Made by a program: the position numbers and the translations under genes. A DNA stretch of 64,000 bases from Lama guanicoe (taxonomy: Eukaryota), in the NCBI GenBank assembly GCA_013239625.1, contig MU053881.1, positions 16,544,373 to 16,608,372 of the forward strand. The letters are read 5' to 3'. The first letter of the stretch is position 1. The number at the start of each line of letters is the position of its first letter. A model generated the notes under the pieces. It was not told the DNA's origin. It made no database searches and was given only the letters and a program-made list of their open reading frames with translations. Below, one piece after another: positions 14,301-26,300 of the stretch.

Positions 14301-17300
14301 ATTTGACTACAGAGAATCCTTTTGAGTGCCCTTCACTCAGATTTCCCAGTGTTACTGTTTCACTACGTTGCTTTATTCTTCTCCCTGCCTCCTTCTCTTT
14401 CTCTCTCTTCCCCCTTCCTCCCTCTCCCTCTGTCCCTCCATGAGTGTCCCTCCACACATTAATTTTTCCTTTGAACCATTTTGTAGTAAGTTTCAGATAT
14501 GAACCTTTTCATCCTGAAATACTTCAGCATCTATATCGTAAAACCAGGAAATTCTCTTACATAAGCACTGTCCAATTCACAGTTAGGAAATGGACGTTGT
14601 CAAGTGTGTTGCAGTATCTATTATGGGTTCTATCATATGTGTTACATACTGCGCTATCTATTACTACGTTATCTGTTTTCTATTCTAAGGATATTCACAT
14701 TTTGCCAGTTGTTCCCAAAATGTCCTTTGTAGTGAAAGAGACTCCAGCCTTGTGTGTTATGTCTGTAGCCCTGTCTCTTTCATGTCCTATAATCTGGGTC
14801 AGCTCCTGCATCTGTCTTCACGTCTCATGGCCCCGTGGGCATTTTTAAGAGCACAGGCCAGTGGTTTATAGAGTGTCCCTTGGTGCAGGGTTGTCTGCTG
14901 TCTCCTCATCATGATCCAGGTCATGCACTTTTGTGGGGCAGGTCCCTTCCGATGTGGTGCTTGTTCTCCTCAGGGCACGTGACATCGATAGAACGTGTGA
15001 TGTCTTGTTATACATCTTACTACCCTGAGGCCAACCTTGATCAAGGTTGGGGTGGAGACTTCGGGGTTCTCTCTGCAGTTACTCTTTTCCTTTGTTCTCA
15101 GTCTTTCATGGGAGACACGTAGAGACTGAACACCTTGTTACCCTGACAGCTCTCACCCTCTAGTTCTCTCATCCTCCTAGGAGTCTCACCTGAACCAGCC
15201 AGGATTCTGGTGGTTGCCAGATGGTGGTTTTCTAATTCTGTCATTCCTTCCACATATTTTAGCTGGTCTTCTACTATAGTGAATCTGTTAATATCAGAGT
15301 GGACACAGGGGTGTGTCCTCTATAATCTGTTCAGTGGTTTATAATCCCCTACTTGTATGATTTATTTTGCCCAGTGGAAGCTCCTCCCAGCTGGCTTCTT
15401 TGTCATTTGGTCACACCCTATCATTCTTTGAGTACTTGCTTACTTTTGGCATGATAGAATATTCCTGGCTCTTCTTGTATACCCCATCTCCCAACCCCAC
15501 CATCACCCATTTCTCTGGGGAGCCCCAGTACCTTGTAGGAGAGAATGATGTTAGAATCCAGGATCTGGGCACTGGGGTGCTCAGTGCTCTTGGGGTACCG
15601 CTGCCTCCAGGCCCTTTCGGCGGACAGAGCTGGGAGGAAGGTGTTCGTGTAAGACATGCCCATCAACCGCCCCAGCAGAGACGTTTGATTTCATGTCCAG
15701 TTCTGTCCAGGCCAGAGCCCTGACACTCCCACTTTCCTCTCCTCTCAGCGGCAGTGCTGGGTCTGTGTGGAGACTGGGATCTTGTGTCCTGCGGGCTACT
15801 TTCCCATGCAGCTGCCCTCCCTCCACACCCTTGCAGCTCCACAGCCACCTCTCCCAGCCACCTGCTGGGCTGACGTTGCCTGGGTCTGGCCTCCCCGCCT
15901 AGACTGGTGTCATAATGTCCCTCCTTTTCTTCCTCCCTTCCCTCCTCCTTACTCAAATCTTTGACCTTTCTCTCCCATTCATGAGATTTATTCACTCACT
16001 TTGTTCCGTTAGATCTCAAAGACAGGAAAGGGTATAGCTCAGTGGTAGAGTGTGTGTTTAGCATACATGAGGTCCTGGGTTCGATCCCCAGTACCTCCAT
16101 TAAATAAATAAATAACCAACCCGAATCCCCCCCACCAAAACAAGCAAACAACAACAAAAATTTTTTTTAAAACAGTGAGTAGTTCTGAGTATGTGGTCAG
16201 CAAAGCATAAAATATTCACGATCTCGCTCTATACAGAAAAAGACCCTCAAAAGTAGAAGTAGCCCCTAGTAGTTAAGGGCAATGTTTTAATAAATAATAA
16301 TTAAGTTTAGCCAACCCACCCACCTACCCCACCCCCACCAAAAAAGAGAAAAGGCTGTGGATCATCTGGGAATCCCCAAGTAATAGAAAAATGATGAAAC
16401 ACAGCAGTATCCCTGAGACACATCTTCTGTTCTAGGAACTTTAAAAGTCTTTAAAATGTGATTTTACAACATACATGTGAATTGAAGCTTCTAATTATCT
16501 TACTATTCCTGTCGTAATCCCTTACCCCCCACAGTACTCAGTTGCATTTTCCCCTACACGTCAACTCTCTTCTTCCTTTTTTACGTAGAGCATTTTCCAT
16601 ATTTCTCCATCATCCTCTTCTTTTCACTGGCTGGCCTTCTTTTTTTTTTCATTGTGGTAGAATACACATGACATGGCATTTACCACCATAACCGTTTCTG
16701 AGTGTACATTTTAGTGGTGTTAATACATTCGTGTGGTTGTGCCACCATCACCACTGTCCATCCCCAGAACTCTCTTGACCCGGCAAAGCTAAACCTCTGT
16801 CCTCGTTCATACTAACTCCCCATCCTCCCTCCCCCAAGCTCCTCGTTTATTTTTAGATTTCTTTTGACAGTGCTTGACTTCAGGTGTTCATATCATTGAA
16901 CTGCCTTTGGGGTGGTCTTCAGGAATGGAGACTTTGGCCTGGAGTGAACCCAGGAACGTGCCTCCTCCTCACAGTCTCATGTGCCCTGAGATTCTGTTTT
17001 TGTTTTTATCATTTCTCATCATTTCAGCCACAATTTATGTTTTCTTTTTTTATAAGTGACTCTGAGCTGTGTCATTTTGTGTGTCTTTTCATCCCTAGCT
17101 GGGCTTAACATTTAGTAGAGTTTTTAAGTGATCGTAAATCTGTATCTGTGTTAACGACCTGTTCTCTATACAGATAGCAACTTAAAGAATAGTTTGAAGT
17201 ATAGAGGGTTGTTATTTTGGTTTGGTTTTGTTATTTTTTAAAACAGATTTTTCAATCCTTCGTTTAGACAAAGTTTATTGTTATTGTCCCCTGCCTACCT

Positions 17301-20300
17301 TGGCCAGGGGAGCTGCCTGTCCGTCCTCGGCACACACAGCCTTTGGGGTAGTTTTCTGTGTCTCAGAGATCTTGAAGTACAGGCAGCTCTCCTGGTGTGT
17401 GCCCCCCTCCTCAATTTTATGGGGAGATCATCAACATCCAGCACTGTGTCAGTTTAAGGCATACTGTCATGGCGTGTTGCTAGACTGCCAAGTTCCAGGA
17501 CTTTGCAGGTCGTCAGCCCTGGAGCCGGAGGCCCTGCTGTGTGGGGAAGGGACATGTGTGGAGCCTGGAACGATCTGATTCCTTTCATACTCATTTCAGT
17601 CTTGTGTGGTTAAACACACGTCTTGGAAAATCACACATGGACAGCGTAGCTCATCAGGAAAGGTTTATTTTCACTTTGTTCCATTTGGAAGCGACCTCAG
17701 AAAGAGCAATCTTCGTCTTATCACTGCAGCTTCTGAAAGAGCCGCCCTCCACTGGCCCTGGGGCCCGGGCCTCACTCCCTGAACATCATTCTCTTCTGTG
17801 CTCACAGGCAATGCACTTGGTGTACCGAGCCCTTGAGAAGGAGCCAGTGCCCTCCGTCCTGCCACCATCCCTCATCCCGCCGTCCAAGAGGAAGAAGACG
17901 GTGTTCCCGGGCGCCGTGCCTGTCCTGCCCGCCAGCCCCCCACCGAAGGACAGCCTCCGCTCCACGCCTTCTCACGGCAGCGTCAGCAGCTTGAACAGCA
18001 CTGGAAGCTTGTCTCCCAAGCATAGTATCAAGCAAACACAGGTACAGTGCTCTGCATGTGCGTGACCTCTTCGCAGAGCCGCGGTTCTCACTGCTGTGCA
18101 GAGCCCTGGCAAGGTGCTTCTCGGGAGCAAGTAGTTTGTGACCCAGAAAAGGTTAGAGTCTGTGATTAAATTCAGTATTTACATCAGATGTTTTAGTCCA
18201 GTCTGGCTGTTGGAACATACACAGACTGGGTGGCTTCTAAATTGCAGGCATTTATTTCTCACAGTTCTGGGGGCTCGAATTCCAAGATCAAGGTGCCAGC
18301 AGATTCGGTGTTCAGTGGGACCACTTCCTGGTTCACAGATGACTGTCTTCTTGCTGTGTCCTTACATGGTGGAAGGATCTTGGGAGCTCTTGGTGGTCCA
18401 TTTTATAAGGGCACTACTCCCATTCATGAGGGCTCCGCCCTCACGATGTGATACCATCACACTGGGGATTAGGATTTCCAATGTTTGAATCTGGGGAGAT
18501 GGGACACAAACATTTAGACCATAGCAACAGGGATTCAGATTAACTTTCTCACTCAGTTGCATATTAACACCACCTTTCCCCAAACACACCCAGCACAGTC
18601 CCACCTCCAGGTGCTCTAATCACCCCCTTGCCGCTCCTGCCTCCGGCAGTCCCTCTGCTGGGAGGGCAAGTCCCAGATGGCACCACGGCATCTGGCATCG
18701 TGAGGCCTCTGCTCACGGGGAGGCTGGGGTGACCACACCGACAGCCCACGCACCCTGGGCGGCCGCCCTCTACCCACACTCTTCTAGCTCTCCCACCCCT
18801 GGCCTTCACATGATTAATTGTGTATCTCCTGTCTCCCCATCCAGACGGTAGCTTCAGGAGAGCAGAGTTAGTTCTGGGTTATAATCTCAGGATCTAGAAG
18901 AATCTCTGGTACTTTGATGCTCAGTAAATATATCAAGTAATCAGGTAAGTAAGGGAGGCATCTATCTGGTGTTAGGAAGGCAGGAAGCGGCTCCAACTCT
19001 CCACGCAGCAGTATCTTTTTTTTTTAAGTGTTTTTTGTTTGTTTTAGGGGGAGGTAATTATTTTTGTTTATTCGTTTATTTATTCTTGTTATATTTTTTA
19101 ATGGAGGTACCGGGGATTGAACCCAGGACCTCGTGCATGCTAAGCACGCGCTCTACCACGGAGCTATGCCTGCCCCCGTGTGGCTGTATCTTATACATCA
19201 AAAAAGACATTTCTTGTTCTGGCAATGGCTCTTTATAAAAGGGCACCTTGGAGACTGTCTGAAACACGCAAGAACGTGAATGTGAGTTCCATCTGGAATT
19301 GTGCTTCACTTTCTGCCTCGTTTGTGGTTTCAAAGGCATAGCAATGAGTTGTGATAAGAAGGCCAGCCAGCACCACCATGCAGCTTTGGAATATGATAAA
19401 AATGAAAATGAGAAGCGCATAATAGGACAGTGGTCTCTCTTGCTCATGACATACTTTTAAAGTTAAACACTCGACCTGGGAGGCTCATTTTCAAGGAGCT
19501 CATCATACCCTAGAATCAAAAACAAGAGGAGATCAGAGAGGGTCGAGGCTCGGTCACAGGCCAATCGGAGAGGCCTGGCTGATGGTCAGGGAGTTGAACA
19601 TGGCTCTCTGTGAAGAGGGCCAGCCCCAGGTGGCCCCGCCTGAGTGTCTTTACCAGCTCAGCAGCCATGCCCACTGCGTCGCAGATCCCTGCCCTTAGCG
19701 GGAAGACAGACGCTGAACGAATCAGTAGACTAGGGAAGGCCCACCAGCCATGAGAAAGCAGGACAGGGTCTGGCCTGGAGTGTCAGGGTGAGGAGGGGGC
19801 ATGCTCCTGCAGATGGGCCAGCCGGAAGGCCACTGATGAGGGGACAGCTAAGCTGATGTCACCTGAATGATGAGAAGCCATCTGAGAACTTGTGCATGGT
19901 GAGACTCTGAAGTGGGAGTGCTTAGTGTGTCCTTAAAATAGGAAGAAGGCTGGGGCAGGGCGAGTGGAGGGATGGGGAGATGGAGCCAGAGGAGCGGGGC
20001 CGAGGCCAGTCACTTAGACCTGCACGAGCTACTGCTTTGCAGGACCCGACACCTTGCGTCTCAGAATTCTTGCTGAGCTCTCAAGTGCCGTAGGATAGGC
20101 TTGTGGTGGTGTGTTTTACTGATGAGGGGCCAAGTGGGGCTGGAGTTGCTGGTGGGTGCAGGCTGGTCCCCTCATGCCCCCACCCCCTGATGGTCTGGTG
20201 GCTCTTCCCAGATCCCAGGGGCGTGCCTCTCGACCCCCTGACGAGACCCGTTTTCCTTCATGTCCCAGGCAGCAGGGGTGGAAGGGCTGTTGGTGGATTT

Positions 20301-23300
20301 CAGGGCACTGTGCTGGGGTGGAAAGAGACCCAGGCCACTGGCTGAGACTGACTGAAGCAGCATTAATATCTCTGAGCCTCAGTTTCCCCACTTACAGACC
20401 CGGGATCCTGTCTGCCCTCTCTGCTCATAGAGGGATTTCTGCTAAAAGGAGCCTGAAAATGCTTTCCTAGTGAGTATTTGTGGGTGATGAAAAGCTTGAG
20501 GGTTAACTGTTCTGAAAAACCCTTTCAGCCAACAGTAAACTGGGTGGTGCCAGTGGCAGACAAGATGCGATTTGACGAGATATTCCTGAAGACCGACCTG
20601 GACCTGGACGGCTATGTGAGCGGCCAGGAGGTGAAGGAGATCTTCATGCACTCGGGTCTCACCCAGAACCTTCTAGCACACATATGGTAAGGACCTCTGC
20701 CTCTCAGTGTTTGAGGCCTCGCTGTGGGGGGTGATGGCTGTGGGTGGCTCACCCTTCAGGGCTGGAAGTGGCGAGTGGGACGGGAGAGGCGGCAATGAGG
20801 GCCAAGTGGAAAGGCTTGTACCCTTTATTCCGTGCATGTCTGTTCAGTCCCCTCCAGCAGGAAGGTGGTCCCTCTAGAGAGCTCTGGGTCTATCTGTTTG
20901 AATGACTGAGACCAGTTCTTGCCAGTGGTTATGCGGCCTCTACTACAGCCGGTGGGGGTGCGGGTGCTTGGCCTTCCCCCTCCAGGGGGAGGGTGCAGCC
21001 AGGGCCCCAGAGGCTCTGGCAGCGCCACGCTGGGCAGTCAGGGCTGTGGGCCCCCTGTGGAGGCCCTGCCCAAGAAGGTCAGTGATGCGGCTGGAGGGGT
21101 AGGGTGAGACTCCAGCCTGCACTTCAGGGCCAGTCCAGGAGCCAGCTCCACTCCCAGTCTCCTCCAGGCCCTGGGATGGCTCCTGGGGTAACTGGCCAGT
21201 CATGAACGTCACCTTCTAGCTTTTTCCTCAGAGCCTGGGTCTTGGAGGGCTTCACTTGGGAATTGTAAGAAGAGAATTTCCGTGTGACTCTGGAGGGGTG
21301 AACCCCTCCAAACAGAGCTGTGAAATTTAGCACATTACTGAGTGACTCGGGGAAATAAAACTCCCTAACAGTAACTCAGAGGTGGCCACGTCCGAGGTGA
21401 AGCTCCTGCTGAGAAAACGGGCCTGTCCCTTCTAGTCAGTCCCCAGAAGAGCTGGGGGAGGTGCCTTCAGACCCAGTGCCTGCTTTCAGAAGCCAGTAAA
21501 ACGCAGTGCCGCCTTTATCACCCTGAAATGGATGTGCACAGAATTCAAATTATGCCCCAATTGTAACTTAAAGGAAAGTAATTTATGACATGTATCTCAG
21601 CCTGCAAGAGGCATGACAACACGTAAATGACACAGTGAAGTCATGAATGCACGTGGAGGAGCAGGGCCTGGCCCCAGAGCGGCTGTGGGCTGGGTGTGTG
21701 GCGCGACCGGCGCTCGCTGGCAGACCAAGGAGAATCAGTTGCCCTGGAAGACTGTCACGCTCTGCCCTTGAACTGTGGCAAGAACAGTGACGTTTTTAAC
21801 CGGCCTCTAATCGGGACATTTCGTGGGCTCTTTTCCAGCCTTGTTTGCGCACGGTGTTTGGGCCCCACGTCTATTAAACATTCCTGGCCCATCTTTGCTC
21901 TGCGTTAGGACATGGTTTCTTTGTTCTTGCAATAATTCCCCCTGCAGTGGGAGAGAGACTGCGTATTGAGTGGACAGAGGGAGTGAGGGATGACACTTTT
22001 CACAGACGTGAAGGCCTTGTCCTTGCTGCATGAGGCTTCTTGTTCCATAGCAGCTGGCTCTCGGTGACTGTGTGTCCCAGAGCTTACATGCCACCTTGAC
22101 CATCAGTCAGGACACCAGAAGGCCACGAGGACAGGGGCATCTTAGCAGCAAGGGACTGTTCCCTGTGCATATAGCACCGTGCCTGGCTTTCTGGGCCGTG
22201 TCCCCTCATAACGACAACCCCAGTGCTGCTGTCATCCCCATTGAAAACCACTGGCCCAAGCCATTCAGATTTCCCAAGGCTGAGGAACCAGCTAGAGGTC
22301 TGAGTGTGTGCATGCGGCTCCGGCTTTCATTTATACAGAGGGGAGCCTGTGATCGCAGTCTACCGCCTGTACGTCGTCAAGAGCCAGCTGCACCCTTCCT
22401 AGCTGCTCACAGGGCTTCCCAAGGCACCGCTCCAACACCCGTGGATGGGGCTTGATGGTTCTCCAGCAAAGAGAGGAGCCCCCTCCTGCCCTGAAGCTCT
22501 GGGTAGGAGGTGGGGACTGCGTCCCGGGAGGGTATGTTCAGTAGACAAGTGGCTGCAGCTGTGGCCTGTTGTTTTTATCATTGTCATCATCTATTTTTTT
22601 TTTTAAGTGTGGGGTGGACTTGGAACTNNNNNNNNNNNNNNNNNNNNNNNNNNNNNNNNNNNNNNNNNNNNNNNNNNNNNNNNNNNNNNNNNNNNNNNNN
22701 NNNNNNNNNNNNNNNNNNNNNNNNNNNNNNNNNNNNNNNNNNNNNNNNNNNNNNNNNNNNNNNNNNNNNNNNNNNNNNNNNNNNNNNNNNNNNNNNNNNG
22801 TCCCGCCATCAGAGAGAGGCACACCCATCCCGGTGAGTAGCCGCTGGCCCACCCGTGCCGTGTTCGCGTCGCTTCCCGCCACCAGGTGGCGCTGGCCGCC
22901 CATGTGAGCAGGCGGGCGCTGGCAGTCTGCCCTGCCTTCCCCAGGGGCTTGTGGGTGTGTTTGGGCTGCCCAGGTAGTTCCTAGGCTGGGGGCTGGAGCT
23001 GGAGGACTTTATCCCCCATTCTGACACCTGCTAGCCTATGCTGTGGGGTGAGGTCAGCCTACAATTTGTAATTCTGTGTCTGAATTTGGTTCTAGGACAG
23101 TTCGAGTTCTCTTGGATCAGGGGAGTTTACTGGTGTGAAGGAACTGGACGATATCAGTCAAGAGATTGCCCAGTTACAAAGGTACGTTAAAGGTCTTCTT
23201 CCCCTCAGGTTCGGAACCCCTAACCCAGGTTGTCATCGGAAGTAGCAGAGGCTTGTGAACCACGTGGTGAGTTGACCATCACGAGTTTGTTCAGTAGAAA

Positions 23301-26300
23301 CAAAGGGGATGCAAATTCTCCTGAGTTCCTGAACTGATGTAATGAGCTCGAGTCGTGACATCCTCAGTGGGAGCCAGTGTGGGCTGTGGGGTCTCAGGCA
23401 CGTTGTTGCTAGGTAGCCACAGGGCACCCCACCCCGACCTCGGGAAGGCCTTGTTATCTCTGAGCGCGGAAAGTGACTGAGTCTCAGATGATGAGCCTGG
23501 GGCCAGCAGCTCAACTCTGTGAGAGAGGCCTTGTGTCCAGGTCTCTGTCTCCACTCCCTGCGCCCACAGCCTTGGTTTCCCCACCTGTAAGCAGGGGCTT
23601 GGGATGGGGACCGGTAAGGTGGGTGGCCGGCCACAAAGCCTCAGCCTTGGCTGCCAGCTGAAGCCAGATTCCCTGTGTCATGCCAGTGTTCCATCACTAG
23701 ATGCCTGGGGCCATATTTCCCACAAGAGGTCAGCACATGCAGCCTGGTAAGGCTGAGAGGGTCTGTGAGGACAGAGGGCCAGTGTCTTAGAGCCTAGTGG
23801 GCCCATTAATTAGGTGGAGGGTGCCCTGTAATATGAGGTTCAGGGTCTCAGAAGGAACAGTGGCATCCGAGTCTGGCCAGGGCTGCCTCTTCACAGCTCT
23901 GCAGCCTCTGGCAGCCTGGAGGGTTTCCCTATGAAGATGAGAGGCACATGTGTGCAGAGCAAGAGTGAGCAGGAAGCCAGGCCTGGGTGGCTCTGAGAGT
24001 GACCTTCAGGACTGTTGACTAGAGGCTCGGCGGACATGCCTCTCCCCTTGAGACGTGAGCCAGTCACAGTGGGTTGGGTCTAAAGAGGATGCTGTATCGT
24101 TAGGTGGTTCTTAGGCTCATGGAAGTGAACATGCAGATGCTCAACAATTGTTTCATGTCTGGCCCGGTGTCCGGAGGGGGCTTACTGTTGAACAAGTGCT
24201 GGGCTCCTGGTAGGGGAGGCAGGGTTTGTTGTCCACATGAAGTTCTTGCCACTGAGGCAGCCCCTTCAGGCATGAGAGAAATGTCTCAGTGCTTTCAGGC
24301 TGCTGTGACAGACTCTCACAGGCTGGGCGGCTTAAACAGCAGACACGTGCTTCTCCCCATCCTGGAGGCTGGAAGTGCAAATGGAGGTGCAGGCAGATCC
24401 AGGGTCTGGTGGGGCTCGTTTCCTGGTTCATCGACGGCGTCTTCTCACTGGGTCCTCACATGGAGAAAGGGGCGAGGAGCTCTCTGGGGCTTCTCATGTG
24501 GGCACTCATCCCATGCATGGGGGCGCCACCTCCTGACCGAATCCCCTCCCAAAGGCCCTACCTCCTAATACCATCACACTGGGGGTTAGGGTTTCAACAT
24601 ACGAATTGGGGGGCAGGAGGTGGACACAAACCTTCAGTCTCTAAGGAGGAAAGCAAGGCTGTTTGCTGCTTGGGGTAGGGGCCGTTTGCACCTGAGGAGA
24701 CAGGCAGGGCCAGCCCCAGCCTCCTGTGAGGGAGTAGCCGGGGGCACTGGGTGGGTCAGGGAGACCCGCGCTGCTGCTTCTTGCTGTCGGCCCTCTGAAC
24801 CCCCCACCCTACTTTGCATCACTCCAAACTTCTCAGCATGGCTCCCCCGGCCGAGCTTTGCCTTCCTGTTCCCATTGACTAGAATGTTCTTCCGCCATGA
24901 TTTCTATTCACAGGCCATGTCCTCAAAGTCCTTCCCTGGCCATCCTGTGCAGGACACTCCCCACCCCCTTTCCTTGTCCCACTGGATTTCCCGTCGTGGT
25001 ACTTAGTTGTATGCACTTGTGTGTTGATTTGTCTCCCTCATGGTCTGTGAGCCCCATGAAGGCTCTCTCCGTGTGTCCTCATGTGCTCAGCACTGGTGCT
25101 TCTGAGCAGTAGATGCTCACCATTCATGAGCGAGTGAACGTAGGATTTAGAGAGTGTATTTGTTTTCTCTTGCTGTGTGTGGATGGCTGGAAACAGTGCA
25201 GGTTTATCAGTACACAGCTCTGTAGACCAGGAGTTCAGGTGGGCTCAACTGGGCTCCCTGCTCAGGGTTCACAAGGCACATTTCAAGGTGTTGGCCGAGT
25301 GGGTGGGGATCTGAATCCAGTTCCTCAAAGCTGGCATTCTTGGGTCTCCTTTCTGCACTGGGTGTGGCCTGGGGCTTGTTCTGCTCTGAGAGGCTGCCCC
25401 ATGACCCCTCCATCTTCAAGTCAGTGGGGGCCCATCCAGCCCTCCTCACTTAGGGCATCGCTTTGACACTCTCTGCTTTAAAAGGCTCTCGTGGCCAGGA
25501 TGGGAGCGAAGCCTTGTCGCATCCCAGGTTCCACCCACACTCGAAGGTTACGTTAAGCAGAAGGTCCCTAGAGGTGGTAGACTTCTCCCCCACTAAGAGG
25601 GGCCAGCTGGGTTGGGTCTTTGTGGGATGGATAGGATTGGGTCTGGAGAAGCTGGGATACCACAGGGCGGTCAATTTACTCTATCCATGCTTCATGAAAT
25701 ATTTTAAAATATTTCAGGGAGAAATACTCACTGGAACAAGACATTAGAGAAAAAGAAGAGGCAATCAGACAGAAAACCAATGAAGTACAGGTGAGCATGT
25801 TGCTTGTTTTGTTCGAACGGACCTTGTGTCAAATGCAGGGCAGGGAGTTCCCGGCGGTGGTGGCAGAGCAGAGCAAAGGGAGGCAGCTGTGCGCTCATTA
25901 GAAACTTGAGCTTTTGGGGGCTTCCAAGTGGTTTTTAGTTTTGAGTTTCCTATAGCCATAGACAGTTATTTTGTTTTTAATTGAGATACAGAATTCTCAT
26001 AGTGTAAAATTCTCTGTTCTGAAGTGTACAACTCAGTGGTTTTTAGCATATTCATTGTTGCTTAACCATCACCTCTGTCCAGTTCTAGAACATTCCCATC
26101 ACCCCAAAAGGAAACCCCATTAGCAGCCACTACCCCCCCTTCCCCTAGACCCTGACAACCCCAGTCTGCTGTTTCTATGGATTTGCTTATTCTGGACATT
26201 TCACATAAAGGGAATCACACAACATTCAGCTTTCTGTGTCTGGTTTCTTTCACTCTGTCTGAATTTTTGAGATTCAGACAGTGACCTGTTCTCAGGACAG

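Noticed and set aside
16031-16100. tRNA-Ala(AGC)-like gene (also 19101-19177, minus strand)
   Set aside because: A-rich SINE tails follow directly and the stems carry substitutions; these are SINE heads, not tRNA genes.
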